This document shows, piece after piece, positions 9,717 to 21,753 of a stretch of DNA of 36,368 nt. A program made the position numbers and the translations under genes. The DNA lies in contig JARFOE010000100.1 in NCBI GenBank assembly GCA_031763465.1, forward strand, positions 11,769,794 to 11,806,161, written 5' to 3'. The number at the start of each line of letters is the position of its first letter. Within the stretch, counting starts at the first letter, position 1. The stretch is from Squatina squatina (taxonomy: Eukaryota). The notes below the pieces were generated by a model that saw nothing but the letters and a program-made list of their open reading frames with translations, ran no database searches and was not told the DNA's origin.

Positions 9717-12700
9717 AATACTGATCAGTAGTGGGAATCTTGACTGAGCTATCCCTTTGTTAGGTCATAGAAACTGAGGCCAACTGCAGTGCTCCGATTA
9801 TTTATTGATTGCAAACCACCTTGCATAGTATATATTCTCACCAGGTCACTGGGGAACTTAAAATTATGGCTCACTTTCTCCTTTTACCTGCGTATCAAGC
9901 CTTTCAAATCTCCGCATTTTATATTAAAATCTTGTAACTTTCTGGCTTTGATCGCACTGCTTCTGACAGTTGGGACAGGGTGTCATGGGGGGTAGTGAGA
10001 ATGGTATCATCCTTCTCCACAAATGGAATTAATTGTATTCCTCCCACCCCACAGAATTGCAGTCAACCAAACTAGTACACGACCAGCTTTGTTGAGAACA
10101 CAGGCAGGGTCACTGCTACATTGAGGCCACAGTAGTGGTACTCAAAGTCCTTGTTAAATAACAGTGATAGTGTAGCTCATATCCTTATCTGGTGGTAGAA
10201 ATGCACTACCTTTGGCTTTATTCAAGTGAAATAATTCTAAATCTTCCCCCTTAGCCACTGTCAGTGTTAGGCTTCAATAAAGTCCATGATTCCAATTCAT
10301 TACCGCTCATTCCTGTGCCACTTCCTTCTTCGCAGCTGCTCCTACTTTGTCAGCTTTGAGATGCCCAATATATTACCATATTTAGTACTACAGATCAACC
10401 TTAAGTGAGCATTTATTTTACCCTGGAGGGATTTGTTTCACTGGCACATGCCAGCTAAACAAGCTTCAGAAAAAAAATTGCCATCTGAAATCAGTTGCAT
10501 TAATTTTAAAGGGATTTTTCTCCCCCGTTGGAGTCTTTCGAGTGAGAGGTGCCAGCGTTTACTATCAGCTTATCTTTGAACTCTGTTGCAGAGGGAAGGT
10601 TTAAAATGGGTTAACTTATTTTGTACCGAAATATTTTACTTGCTACATAATTAAAATGCAACTTCAATAACCTTTTGCATATTGTTTCCTTCCAGTATCT
10701 CTTTAGAGACGTGCGTGCTGTATACAAAACCCATTCCAACAATACAGCCGAAAAGCAAATTTGTATTATTATGGTTTAATAAGCGAATGTCAATAACAGC
10801 GTCCAATGTTNNNNNNNNNNNNNNNNNNNNNNNNNNNNNNNNNNNNNNNNNNNNNNNNNNNNNNNNNNNNNNNNNNNNNNNNNNNNNNNNNNNNNNNNNN
10901 NNNNNNNNNNTGATAAAAATGACATTGATTTGTGAATTGTATATGCATTTAAATTGAATAATTACTTAATAAATGATAAAGTAGCAAAAGTAATTAAATG
11001 TACATCATATAAAAAATCGGACACTCACTAATAATATTTTAAAAGTAGTTTTCCTAATATACAAAAAACTAAGAGAGGCATTATTCATTAGAATTGACTG
11101 AAATATTGTGCTTTTCCAGAACTTCTTTTTAAAAAGTCTGTTCAAAATCAAAAATACGTGTCAAGCAGTCAATTTAATTCCCTGGCAGATCCCTGCTGAT
11201 TAAAAGCAATGTAGTAAAAGTTAGCCCATAATTTTCTCAGGCTAATTTATACATGAATCACCTCCACTAAGTGCAATTGGGAAATAATTAGGGAATCATT
11301 TAGTGGTTATCTTCATTAATTGGAACAGGCACATTTTCATCTATTTTTTTCCACAAGCTGTTTTGGTCAAATTGTTCCAAGTGTTCAGCCCCACAATTGC
11401 TCAATTTCACTAAATTGCAGATGAGCAAGTGCTGGTTGTAGCTTATGGTGAAAACATGGGTACTTTATCAAAGCCACATTTTTAAAAGATGAGACAAAGG
11501 GAATACTTAAGAACCAGCAGTGACGACATCCATCGCAATCAGTGAGTCACAAGATAGCTTTGTCTGCAAAAGACACANNNNNNNNNNNNNNNNNNNNNNN
11601 NNNNNNNNNNNNNNNNNNNNNNNNNNNNNNNNNNNNNNNNNNNNNNNNNNNNNNNNNNNNNNNNNNNNNNNNNNNNNNNNNNNNNNNNNNNNNNNNNNNN
11701 NNNNNNNNNNNNNNNNNNNNNNNNNNNNNNNNNNNNNNNNNNNNNNNNNNNNNNNNNNNNNNNNNNNNNNNNNNNNNNNNNNNNNNNNNNNNNNNNNNNN
11801 NNNNNNNNNNNNNNNNNNNNNNNNNNNNNNNNNNNNNNNNNNNNNNNNNNNNNNNNNNNNNNNNNNNNNNNNNNNNNNNNNNNNNNNGAAATGGCATGGG
11901 AAAACAATAGTGTTGCAAACAATTATCTAGCAGGAAGCAGTACTACAGTAGTTCGGGATCATCACAGAGAGGACTTTATTGTACGAATAGTCACGGAGAA
12001 GTAGTCCAGTTAAATTCCATATGTAATTTGGGTAGAGGACAGACATATTTTAAACTGGTTAAAACTGAATTACTTCTGACTGCTTCTGTTTTGCAAGATG
12101 ACTTTGGTGCATATAATTGTACAGAAGAAAAAAATAAAAAAGCATTGATTTTCACATTTTTAGAATCATAAATATGTCATCTACAGCATGGGTCTGCATA
12201 GAATTCCCATTGACCTACTGGGTACACTTACACTTTTTACTTTAAATTGAGGAGTTCTGGTTCATTCAGCCAAAATCCAGTATGAGGATCCTTTTAAAAA
12301 TATTATTTATCCTAAATTCAATGATTATTTTTAAAGATTTTTCAATTTAAAAATTGAATATATTTAAACCATTTGTAACGTTGTTACAGTTGTTAATTCT
12401 AGGACCATACTGATATTTTCGTGTGATATAAAACTTTCCTCGTTCACTATCCCATATATAACGAGGGTAAGGCAGCATATTGCAGGTGGTATGAAGAGAA
12501 TTTCCCCCTCCTGTGCTGTCGAGTAGTTCCCCTCCTATAAGCACCTTAAGCAATGTATTGTTCTGTTATTGGGGTTAGTTAAATTTGTGCTTTTTCTGTT
12601 GCCTATATAATAGAGTGGGACTGCGTTGGTGTTTTTTAACTTGTCAGCTTGATCTTGTTCCATAGAAGCATACTGTTGCTTAAATCGGATAATATCCTGG

Positions 12701-12924
12701 TATCTTTGTGCCAGAACCTGGAGGTAGAATTTGTACCATTTGCAGGAAAGCCTTTGCTGTAACTGATGTTCACAGTTGGTGCCCCCCAGTGGACCAACAT
12801 TTTACAACCTGTGAATTTTGTGAGAATTACCAGGGAATATCTTCAAAGAGATTCTCCTTGCCTGTGCCAACTCTTCTAAATGGAAGAAGCAGAGGTGGGG
12901 TCTCAATTCTCCCTCCTGTCCCCC

Positions 12925-13176
12925 TGTAGTATTGAGTGAGTGCTGCACTCTCAGAAATGCTGTCTTTTGAATGAGACATTAAACTGACTGCTCTCTCAAG
13001 TGGATGTAAAAGAACCCATGGCACATTTTCAAAGAAGAGCAGAGGAGTTCTGCTGGTGTCCTGGCCAAGAATTATCCCTCGACCAACACCTAAGACAGAT
13101 GATCTGGTCATTTATTTCATTGCTGTTTGTGGGAGCTTGCTGTGCGCAGTTTTGCTGCCGCATTTCCTACATTACA
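12925..13176 (+). mobile_element. DeuSINE (SacSINE1/AmnSINE1-like) Deu-domain body
   Basis: gagtgctgcactctcag...gtggatgtaaaagaacccatggcac...ggtgtcctggccaag...cattgctgtttgtgggagcttgctgtgcgca...tttcctacattaca is the conserved Deu domain. Head and tail are missing. Confidence 0.85.
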
Positions 13177-13721
13177 AAAACAATAACAACAGCTTGTATT
13201 TATATAGCGCCTTTAACGCAGTAAAATGTCCCAAGGCGCTTCACAGGAGTGTTACCAAACCAAGTTTGACACCGAGCCACATAAGGAGATTAGGGCAGAT
13301 GACCAAATGCTTGGTCAAAAAGGCAAGTTTTAATGAGCACCTTAAAAGGGGAAAGAGGTAACACAGAGGTTTAGGGAGGGAATTCTAGAGCTTAGGGCTT
13401 TGGCAGCTGAAGGCAGAGCCACCAATGGAGAAGTGACTAAAATCAGGGATGCGCAAGTGGCCAGAATTGGAGAAGTACAGATATCGAGAGGTTGTACGGT
13501 TGGAGGAAATTACAGAGATAGGGAAGGGCGTGGCCATGGAGGGATTTGAAAACAGTGATGAGAATTTTGAAGACTGAGGCATGCTCAACCAGGAGCCAAT
13601 GTAGGTCAGCGAGCACAGGGGTGATGGGTGAACGGGACTTGGTGCGAGTTAGGATACGGGTGGCAGAGTTTTGGATGAGCTTGAGTTTATGGAGGGTGGA
13701 AGATGGGAGTCCGACCAGGAG
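13177..13721 (-). mobile_element. L2 LINE 3' end
   Basis: Minus strand encodes TLHKLKLIQNSATRILTRTKSRSPITPVLADLHWLLV...FKILITVFKSLHG...PYLCN, then the L2 3' UTR ending aaggcgctatataaatacaag and a (TTG)n-like tail. Confidence 0.92.
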
Positions 13722-13821
13722 NNNNNNNNNNNNNNNNNNNNNNNNNNNNNNNNNNNNNNNNNNNNNNNNNNNNNNNNNNNNNNNNNNNNNNNNNNNNNNN
13801 NNNNNNNNNNNNNNNNNNNNN

Positions 13822-14434
13822 GCTACGGCCTATGAGTGTCAGAAGGAATGAGGGTGCCTCTTCTCCTTCACTCTCTTCCTCTATGACTTTGGGGACTGGC
13901 TGTGCTTGTGGGAGTTCTTGGGTATCTGAAAGGAGAAAGGCTTAAGGGTTGGCTTGTGGTGAGGGGAGAGGGGAAAGCAATATACACCATCAGCAGCTTG
14001 TAAATGAGAAGAGATTGTGGGATGAGGGGGAAGTGGGATGTGAGAAGATCTATTCGGTATGAGCTTACTGTTGCCATCAGCAATGCTTTCAACTCCGCCG
14101 CTCATCATGGACTCAGTGACAGCCCCTCCAATAATTTGCAACATTGCTGCCCCCAGCTCTGTGAGGCTTTGCAGTCAGGCTTCTCCTCCACACATTTTGC
14201 TGCTCTGGGTCGTTATGCGCCATCTTTGCCTGCAGGAGGAAGCGAAGTATGTCAGTGAGTTTGGTGCAATTGGGTGATGCGTCTGCCGCAGTTGAATAGC
14301 TGACATTGTGTGCAAGGTGTGAGATGTGGTTGCATGTCTTGCAGCAGTGCTAACTGTGTGAGGGTGAGGTGAAGCTATGATTATGAGGTATGGGTGGTTT
14401 TGCTAGAGATTGTTGGTTGGTGAGTGATGGGGTG
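13822..14434 (-). mobile_element. PIF/Harbinger Myb/SANT-like accessory gene remnant with introns
   Basis: Exon 14229-14069 (acceptor cctcctgcag, donor gtaag) reads AKMAHNDPEQQ../GGEA*LQSLTELGAAMLQIIGGAV..., resembling the K.AHN.RE...TGGG...LT..E...L.IIG motif. A 143-bp intron precedes an acidic exon from 13925 (TQELPQAQPVPKVIEEESEGEEAPS). One frameshift and one stop. Confidence 0.7.
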
Positions 14435-16072
14435 NNNNNNNNNNNNNNNNNNNNNNNNNNNNNNNNNNNNNNNNNNNNNNNNNNNNNNNNNNNNNNNNNN
14501 NNNNNNNNNNNNNNNNNNNNNNNNNNNNNNNNNNATTAGTGTGGTATAACTACAGTCTAAATGTACTGCCAATAGTGTTTGTAATTCCTGTATTGATATG
14601 AGTAACACATTAGTGAAAGCCCAGCTCAAATTGTCTGTGGTTCTCGGAACACTAGACTGCAAAGATGACTTTAAGTAAGTATGCACTCAGATTTGTAATT
14701 ACCTTGAACCCAAAATTTATTTCGCGTGTTGGATGGTATCATGTCAATGCAAACTTTGAAATTCTAGCTTAAAAATAAAATGCAGAAACTCCAGCGACTG
14801 TCCTCAGAGTGCGAGATGGCCGAATATTCCTTTATTGATATGGCTATTCTAGTTCAAATAATTTTCAGTGGCAAAATACCGCCTCATTCCTCTGGCAGTA
14901 AACCTTTAATAGAATGGACAGAAATAAGTTAATTTATGACTGAGCATGTGGGATATTTACATTTGATTAGCCATAGGCAATTTATTCACCCTAAAATTTA
15001 ATAGTGTTGTTCCTTGTTGAGGATTGTAATTGCCTGCAACAGAATTCTGTTGCAATATTTGAGTGATAACTGTTGTCTAAATACAAATGGAACCAGTTTT
15101 ACTTTAATCTCTGACAAACAAGTAATTGACACTCAAATTTATCAGTTTGTTTATGCAAAAAATCATTTACAAAAACCTATCTTAAAAGCAGCAGTTCCAT
15201 CATTATCATCTTATTAATTTAGCAGAGCTATATCACAGCTGATCATTCTTCAGTAATATCATTTGCAGCACATCATGTGTAGCAAAACCATCTGTACGGT
15301 TTGTACTTAATAACGGAACCTTCGGATTAAATGCCTCTGTTTATTGAGAATTAATGTTTATCTGAAATCTGATTGGACTCAATCAATAATTCAGCTTTGT
15401 TGGCCTGGGTTGTTTAACAGTATGAATAATGCTGACATCATCACCTCCCAAGTACAGCTTCCAACACAATTACCCAAAAGAGCTGTTAAGCTGATATTAA
15501 AGCATTAAATGTTGCAATCAGTGCAAATGGATGCTTTAAACTTTACAGTAAAGTTGCTACAGTGGGCAAATTCTGCAAAAAGAGAAAAATTCCCCTGCTG
15601 TTTTAGTCTTCACAATTATTTGGATTAATTAAAGTTGCCTTCAGTCTAACTATAATACTGTTGCAGCCCATATGTTACACTACATGTGTTATGGCCTTAT
15701 TATTTTGTCTTTTAGGAATAATGAATTGTGCTTTGGTATCAACTTTTACTGTTTTATAATCGCATTAACTGTTAACTTGAGCATCCCTCAGACCTATTGG
15801 AATTTTTTCCCTCTACAAATTGGTTCATAGAGTGGGAGCGTTGAGTTTCTTTTCTTTTGTGTGAAATGTGTTTGATGGTTTGGCAAGAAAAAAGAGAAAT
15901 TGTTGTAGCTAACTACCGCCCCCATCTCAATGGTAATCTCTACTGGGTACTCCCCAGCAAAGGCCCGCCTCCTGTATGTAAAAACCCCTGATACCAGAAG
16001 GACATTTGGGGTCAGGCTCCATCTAATGATGGGAGGAGGTTCCACCCACTGATCCCAAAGTCTAAGTCTATG

Positions 16073-16658
16073 AGGGTCGTTTAACATGGAGCAACTCATG
16101 GGTTTAGGTGTGGTGGGGGCATTAAAGTGGCTGAAAATGCATTTGCATCCGGATGCCGGCTCGAATGCACTGATTTCCAAGTTTAACTCAGGAGCGTTAG
16201 GCTTAACCCCGTTGGGAGATGCAAGGCAGCAATTTAAATATGTTAATTGCTCCATTGTAGCGTTACTTCAACCTACAATTCAATTTAACGGTGCACCCAT
16301 GAGTTTCCTGGGCGTCCTGAATCTCTCCATTAAAACCAAGGAGAGAACACAACCACAATTCATGAGGCTCATTAAATGTCAGGCAAAAACTGCAATAAAT
16401 ACTCAGTGCTCACAGCTGTTTTCTTACCACTGGGAAAGTGTTTGTTCTGAGTACTTGTGGGTGAGAGGTTAGTTTCTACACTTTGGAGGTTTTGAAACTC
16501 AGATCAGGATGGGTGGCACATTGGTTGCCTTAGATTGGACCTCGGGCAAGAAGCAAGATGACCATCAGCAGTAGCAACAGCCTGCTGTGGAGTGACCTGC
16601 TGGTGGTGAACATAAAGGGGAGCAGCAGTGGGGTTGAGCTCATGGCAAGAACAGGGTG
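16073..16658 (+). mobile_element. PIF/Harbinger-like transposon, left portion (copy 2)
   Basis: Starts GGGTCGTTTAAC and is colinear with 1862-2513, including the ORF-start region (ATGGGTGGC ~16509, then gatgaccatcagcagtagcaacagcctgctg). Confidence 0.55.
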
Positions 16659-16769
16659 NNNNNNNNNNNNNNNNNNNNNNNNNNNNNNNNNNNNNNNNNN
16701 NNNNNNNNNNNNNNNNNNNNNNNNNNNNNNNNNNNNNNNNNNNNNNNNNNNNNNNNNNATAATCTGCCT

Positions 16770-17245
16770 TCCTGGATTGGAGAAATACCACCAACGTTGC
16801 CTCCGCAAAATCCTGCAAATCCATTGGCAGGATAACCATACCAATGTCAGCGTCCTCTCTCAACATGCCCAGCATCAAGGCACTGGTCATGCTCAATCAG
16901 CTGCGATGGACAGGCCACACTATCCGCATGCCTGATACAAGACTCCTGAAACAAACACTCTATTCTGAGCTTCGTCATGGCAAGTGATTACCAGCAGGGC
17001 AGAGGAAAAGTTTCAAAGATGTCCTCAATGCCTCCCTGAAAGCATGTAACAACCCAACCAACTCATGGGAATCTCTGGCCAAGACTGCCCGAGCTGGAGG
17101 AGAAGCATCCGCGAAGGCATCGATCACTTTGAGCTACTCCGGCGGGAGCACACGGAGGCCAAGCACAAGCAGCGGAAGGAGCGCGCGGAAACCCGAGCAT
17201 TCCACCCACCCGCCCCATCAAACACCACCTGCCCCACATTGCATT
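16770..17245 (+). mobile_element. RTE-clade LINE 3' fragment (copy 1)
   Basis: Encodes LEKYHQRCLRKILQIHWQD...NVSVLS and, after a frameshift, QLRWTGHTIRMPDTRLLKQTLYSEL...GQRKSFKDVL, a typical RTE C-terminus. Confidence 0.92.
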
Positions 17246-17359
17246 AATTTCAATGCATTNNNNNNNNNNNNNNNNNNNNNNNNNNNNNNNNNNNNNNNNN
17301 NNNNNNNNNNNNNNNNNNNNNNNNNNNNNNNNNNNNNNNNNNNNNNNNNNNNNNNNNNN

Positions 17360-17931
17360 CATGCGAAGACATGGGCAATGTACAGCAGACACCTCAAAGT
17401 ACTGGATTAGTACCAACATTGCAACTGCAAAATCCTGCAAATCCACTGGCAGGGTAGGCGTACCAATGTCAGCGTCCTCTCTCAGGCCAACATCCCCAGC
17501 ATCAAGGCACCAGGTCATGCTCGGGCCACATCGTCCGCGTGCTTGATACAAGATTCCCGAAACAAGCACTCTATTCTTCGTTATGGCAAGCAGTTACCAG
17601 GAGGACAGAGGAAAGGCTTCAAGGACATCCTCAAACCTCCGTTAAAAAAAAAAGGAACCTCCCCACCAACTCAAGGGAACCTCTAGGCCAAGACCATCCG
17701 AACTGGAGGAGAAGNNNNNNNNNNCTGAGCTTTTCCGGCAGGAGCATGTGGAGCCAAGCGCAAGGAGTGTGCGGAAACCAGAGCATCCCACCCATTCGCC
17801 CCATCAAACACCACCTGCCTAACCTGTGGTAGAGTTTGCGGATCCAGTATAGGATTATTTAGTCACCTCAGAACCCACAACTCCGGAGTTGAAGCAAGTC
17901 ATCCCCCGCCCCGAGGGACTGCCAAAGAAGA
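17360..17931 (+). mobile_element. RTE-clade LINE 3' end (copy 2)
   Basis: Same region as copy 1 (TWAMYSRHLK.., KILQIHWQ.., DTRFPKQALYS), then a terminal C2H2 motif CLTCGRVCGSSIGLFSHLRTH (~17816-17878) and a 3' end gcaagtcatc...gagggactgccaaagaaga. Confidence 0.9.
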
Positions 17932-17934
17932 TTT

Positions 17935-17984
17935 GCAGCTGGTCCAGTTAAGTTTCTGGTCAATGGTGACCCCCCCCGGACGTT
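17935..17984 (-). mobile_element. CR1-group LINE RT C-terminal fragment
   Basis: Minus strand encodes GVTIDQKLNWTS (LGVxID.KL.W motif). Adjacent to an ~840-N gap. Confidence 0.7.
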
Positions 17985-19879
17985 NNNNNNNNNNNNNNNN
18001 NNNNNNNNNNNNNNNNNNNNNNNNNNNNNNNNNNNNNNNNNNNNNNNNNNNNNNNNNNNNNNNNNNNNNNNNNNNNNNNNNNNNNNNNNNNNNNNNNNNN
18101 NNNNNNNNNNNNNNNNNNNNNNNNNNNNNNNNNNNNNNNNNNNNNNNNNNNNNNNNNNNNNNNNNNNNNNNNNNNNNNNNNNNNNNNNNNNNNNNNNNNN
18201 NNNNNNNNNNNNNNNNNNNNNNNNNNNNNNNNNNNNNNNNNNNNNNNNNNNNNNNNNNNNNNNNNNNNNNNNNNNNNNNNNNNNNNNNNNNNNNNNNNNN
18301 NNNNNNNNNNNNNNNNNNNNNNNNNNNNNNNNNNNNNNNNNNNNNNNNNNNNNNNNNNNNNNNNNNNNNNNNNNNNNNNNNNNNNNNNNNNNNNNNNNNN
18401 NNNNNNNNNNNNNNNNNNNNNNNNNNNNNNNNNNNNNNNNNNNNNNNNNNNNNNNNNNNNNNNNNNNNNNNNNNNNNNNNNNNNNNNNNNNNNNNNNNNN
18501 NNNNNNNNNNNNNNNNNNNNNNNNNNNNNNNNNNNNNNNNNNNNNNNNNNNNNNNNNNNNNNNNNNNNNNNNNNNNNNNNNNNNNNNNNNNNNNNNNNNN
18601 NNNNNNNNNNNNNNNNNNNNNNNNNNNNNNNNNNNNNNNNNNNNNNNNNNNNNNNNNNNNNNNNNNNNNNNNNNNNNNNNNNNNNNNNNNNNNNNNNNNN
18701 NNNNNNNNNNNNNNNNNNNNNNNNNNNNNNNNNNNNNNNNNNNNNNNNNNNNNNNNNNNNNNNNNNNNNNNNNNNNNNNNNNNNNNNNNNNNNNNNNNNN
18801 NNNNNNNNNNNNNNNNNNNNNCAGTCTTCTTTTGGCAAGCAAACATGGAAAAGGCATCTGTTATATGTGACTCACAACCCATCAGAGTACTGACAGTGCG
18901 TAGAACAGACCTAATTTATTAAACGGAGTTTCTAATATAAACACTAATTCATTTCAAACTGGGTGACTGCAGATCTGGATTATGTGAACGATGTGCAAAG
19001 TAACTCTAGTATGATGTTGTAAAGGCAGCTGCACTACAACATGCAGAGGAAACTGATTCATTCGGATTGAGAATATCAAGATGTCACCTAAGTAGAGTAA
19101 ACGTATAACTTGAAACTAGTGCTTGTGCTATTTAGGAGTTGAAGTTTTCATTTAGATACAGACAAATAATAATTAGCAATATCCAGTTCTTTACTCACTT
19201 CATGAAAAAATTACAATGCATTTTGAATTCATCTTAATTAATTATTTTCATCATATGTACTGAACATTTAGAAAATAGAAAATGCAGTGAAGGTGGAAAT
19301 ATTAGCAGTGATGGTTGTTGACGTAATTGGTGAGTATTACAATCAGCTGGGAAAAATAAATGAGAAATATGCTTTACTGTGAAGTTAGTCAGGAAGATGT
19401 ATAGGCTTTGGGGCTCCAAACTTTTAGCATTCGGTGGAAAATCTTGGATCAAATCACATCACGTGTTCCCACCTGGTACTAAATCTGTAACTGCCAGTGA
19501 GAGAAGGTATCTGTTCATCAGATANNNNNNNNNNCAGTATTTCTCACCTGCATATAATCAATTTGTACTGGCTGTCACTGCCTATACTGGGAGCAGAAAC
19601 AGTGGCATCATTCTTTTACTGCTATAATAATGGACGCTGTACTGTATAAAATCAACATGTGATGTCATTGTTATCTCTGAGTGTCTGTACTATTAGTAAT
19701 GTATAGGTGCTGCTGCTTTTACATTCATATCAGTGTTTAGCCAAAAGAATTTTTTCCCAAATCAACAGATCATGGCTTCTAAAAACCCACATGCAGTATT
19801 GGAAGTGTCTGCAGTCTTAAACACAAGAGATTAGAAATTAGTTGGTGGTAACAGTGAACAAATATTTTATGAGTTTGTA

Positions 19880-19930
19880 TTTATTCATTCATGGGATGTG
19901 GGCGTTGCTGGCAAGGCCAGTATTTATTGC
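19880..19930 (-). mobile_element. Isolated 3' tail of the SINE/LINE family seen at 28216-28618
   Basis: Reverse complement gcaataaatactggccttgccagcaacgcccacatcccatgaatgaataaa matches 28559-28605. Confidence 0.8.
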
Positions 19931-21717
19931 TGACAATCTTCTGTCCAACGTTTTGACTGAGGCATTGATCCATTTAAAATAAATAGGTGAACACCTTGGT
20001 TTAAAGAGAAAATAATAGAATGTAAGTTAAACACATTGGCTGCATCCTTCAAATCCGGCAGGGGCGATTTCGGACTGGTTGTCCTTTACGAGCGGCTGTT
20101 CCAATCGGATACCGAATTTGAAAGTTCTAGCCATTAAGTATTAGTCTGTTATCGGCAATGATAATTTCTAGCTTCTAGAGATAAATGATATTAAAAAAAA
20201 CTGAGGATTGTGCCCAAAATTCTTCACATAATGAGCCACCAAGATGATGGCAAATGCTTGTGTACTGCGAGAAAAAGAAAATTGGAATAAGAATAGCCAG
20301 GGATAGAGATTTTGGCCAGGGAAAGCAGTGCAGCAATCCTTGTCATTGTTCTGTAAAACTGACAGCAACTTCTGGTGTCCGCACATGTACAGATAAATGC
20401 AGAAATCTGGAAATTGCTGTCAGTGATACCCTGCTNNNNNNNNNNNNNNNNNNNNNNNNNNNNNNNNNNNNNNNNNNNNNNNNNNNNNNNNNNNNNNNNN
20501 NNNNNNNNNNNNNNNNNNNNNNNNNNNNNNNNNNNTGAGAAACAGTATGAATTTTGGGTTATCATTAAAATTGAGATAGTCTTTAATTTTTCTTCTCTGA
20601 CAATTACACAAGTATCTCATTCTGGAACAGAGGCTTATTGAGTCACTATCACAAGTGAATCAGCAGTTGTACCCCTACAGGGAACTAATTTGAAGGAGTG
20701 ATTAATATAAATTCTGGATTTAATGACGCCTGGGACAAGGGATTTCAGTGCAAAAATCTTATTGGTCCTAGCATCTAAATATTTGGGACCAAGGCACAAG
20801 TCTAAGTGCAACATTAGCCATGAACCTTCAAGTCCCATCTCGTCATTCCTTTCCTGCAACTGTGCAGATGCCTCATCTGACTCCATCCCCTTACCCTCAG
20901 CCCTCTGATCTAACCAGGTCTTTTGCCAAGAAACCTTCCAGCGAAAAAGACTGACCTTATGCCCTGATATTATCTCCAGGATTGCAGTTTTTTTTGTTGA
21001 ATAGAAGGGAAAACTTCCCAACTTGTAGAATTAGAAGAGACTAATGGGATCTGTTTCACTTTCCCTCATCACAGCTTGTCTGATTCCTGTCCCACCAGAT
21101 GGGTCTCCTGGGTCATGTCTATGCCACTTTTAAAGCACTGAACCTGGCGAGCATTTGAGGNNNNNNNNNNNNNNNNNNNNNNNNNNNNNNNNNNNNNNNN
21201 NNNNNNNNNNNNNNNNNNNNNNNNNNNNNNNNNNNNNNNNNNNNNNNNNNNNNNNNNNNNGCCCAGATTTTGGAAGAATTAAACATTTGTCTTGAATCTA
21301 GTCATCAACGAACAGCTGTCAATAGCACTAGGAATGATTAACAACTCTGGGGTGACCATAAGAACGTTTTCAAAGGGCAGTTGACAATGTATACTGTGTT
21401 CTGAAATAATTTCATGTCTGTGGTTTTTCATGGTCATTTTTGTTATAAGAAATCTATGTGCTGAAATATGCAATGCTTCATGAAAGATAAACAGTGGGTG
21501 GAAATCAGCAGGAAAGAAACTGACTTGTTCCAGGTCCTGCAGATAGCATTAATTCGTAAGTAATAGAATAGTTAAAACTAGCAGAAAGAAAAATAATCAG
21601 GAGAATTAGCATCAATACATATATAAGCAGTGACATTCCAACAGACCCTTGTGTTTGGAACTGGCCACATGCAGACCCATTCTAAAGGCAAGCTTGGTGC
21701 CGAGGTGATGAGAAGGA

Positions 21718-21753
21718 TAATATATATATATTTCATATCTATCTATATATATA
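21718..21753. repeat. Interrupted (TA)n microsatellite
   Basis: taatatatatatatttcatatctatctatatatatatt. Confidence 0.75.

Noticed and set aside
8775-9731. ~300-aa ORFs here and at 17868-18922, and ~125-aa ORFs at 11520-11930
   Set aside because: Almost entirely N gaps.
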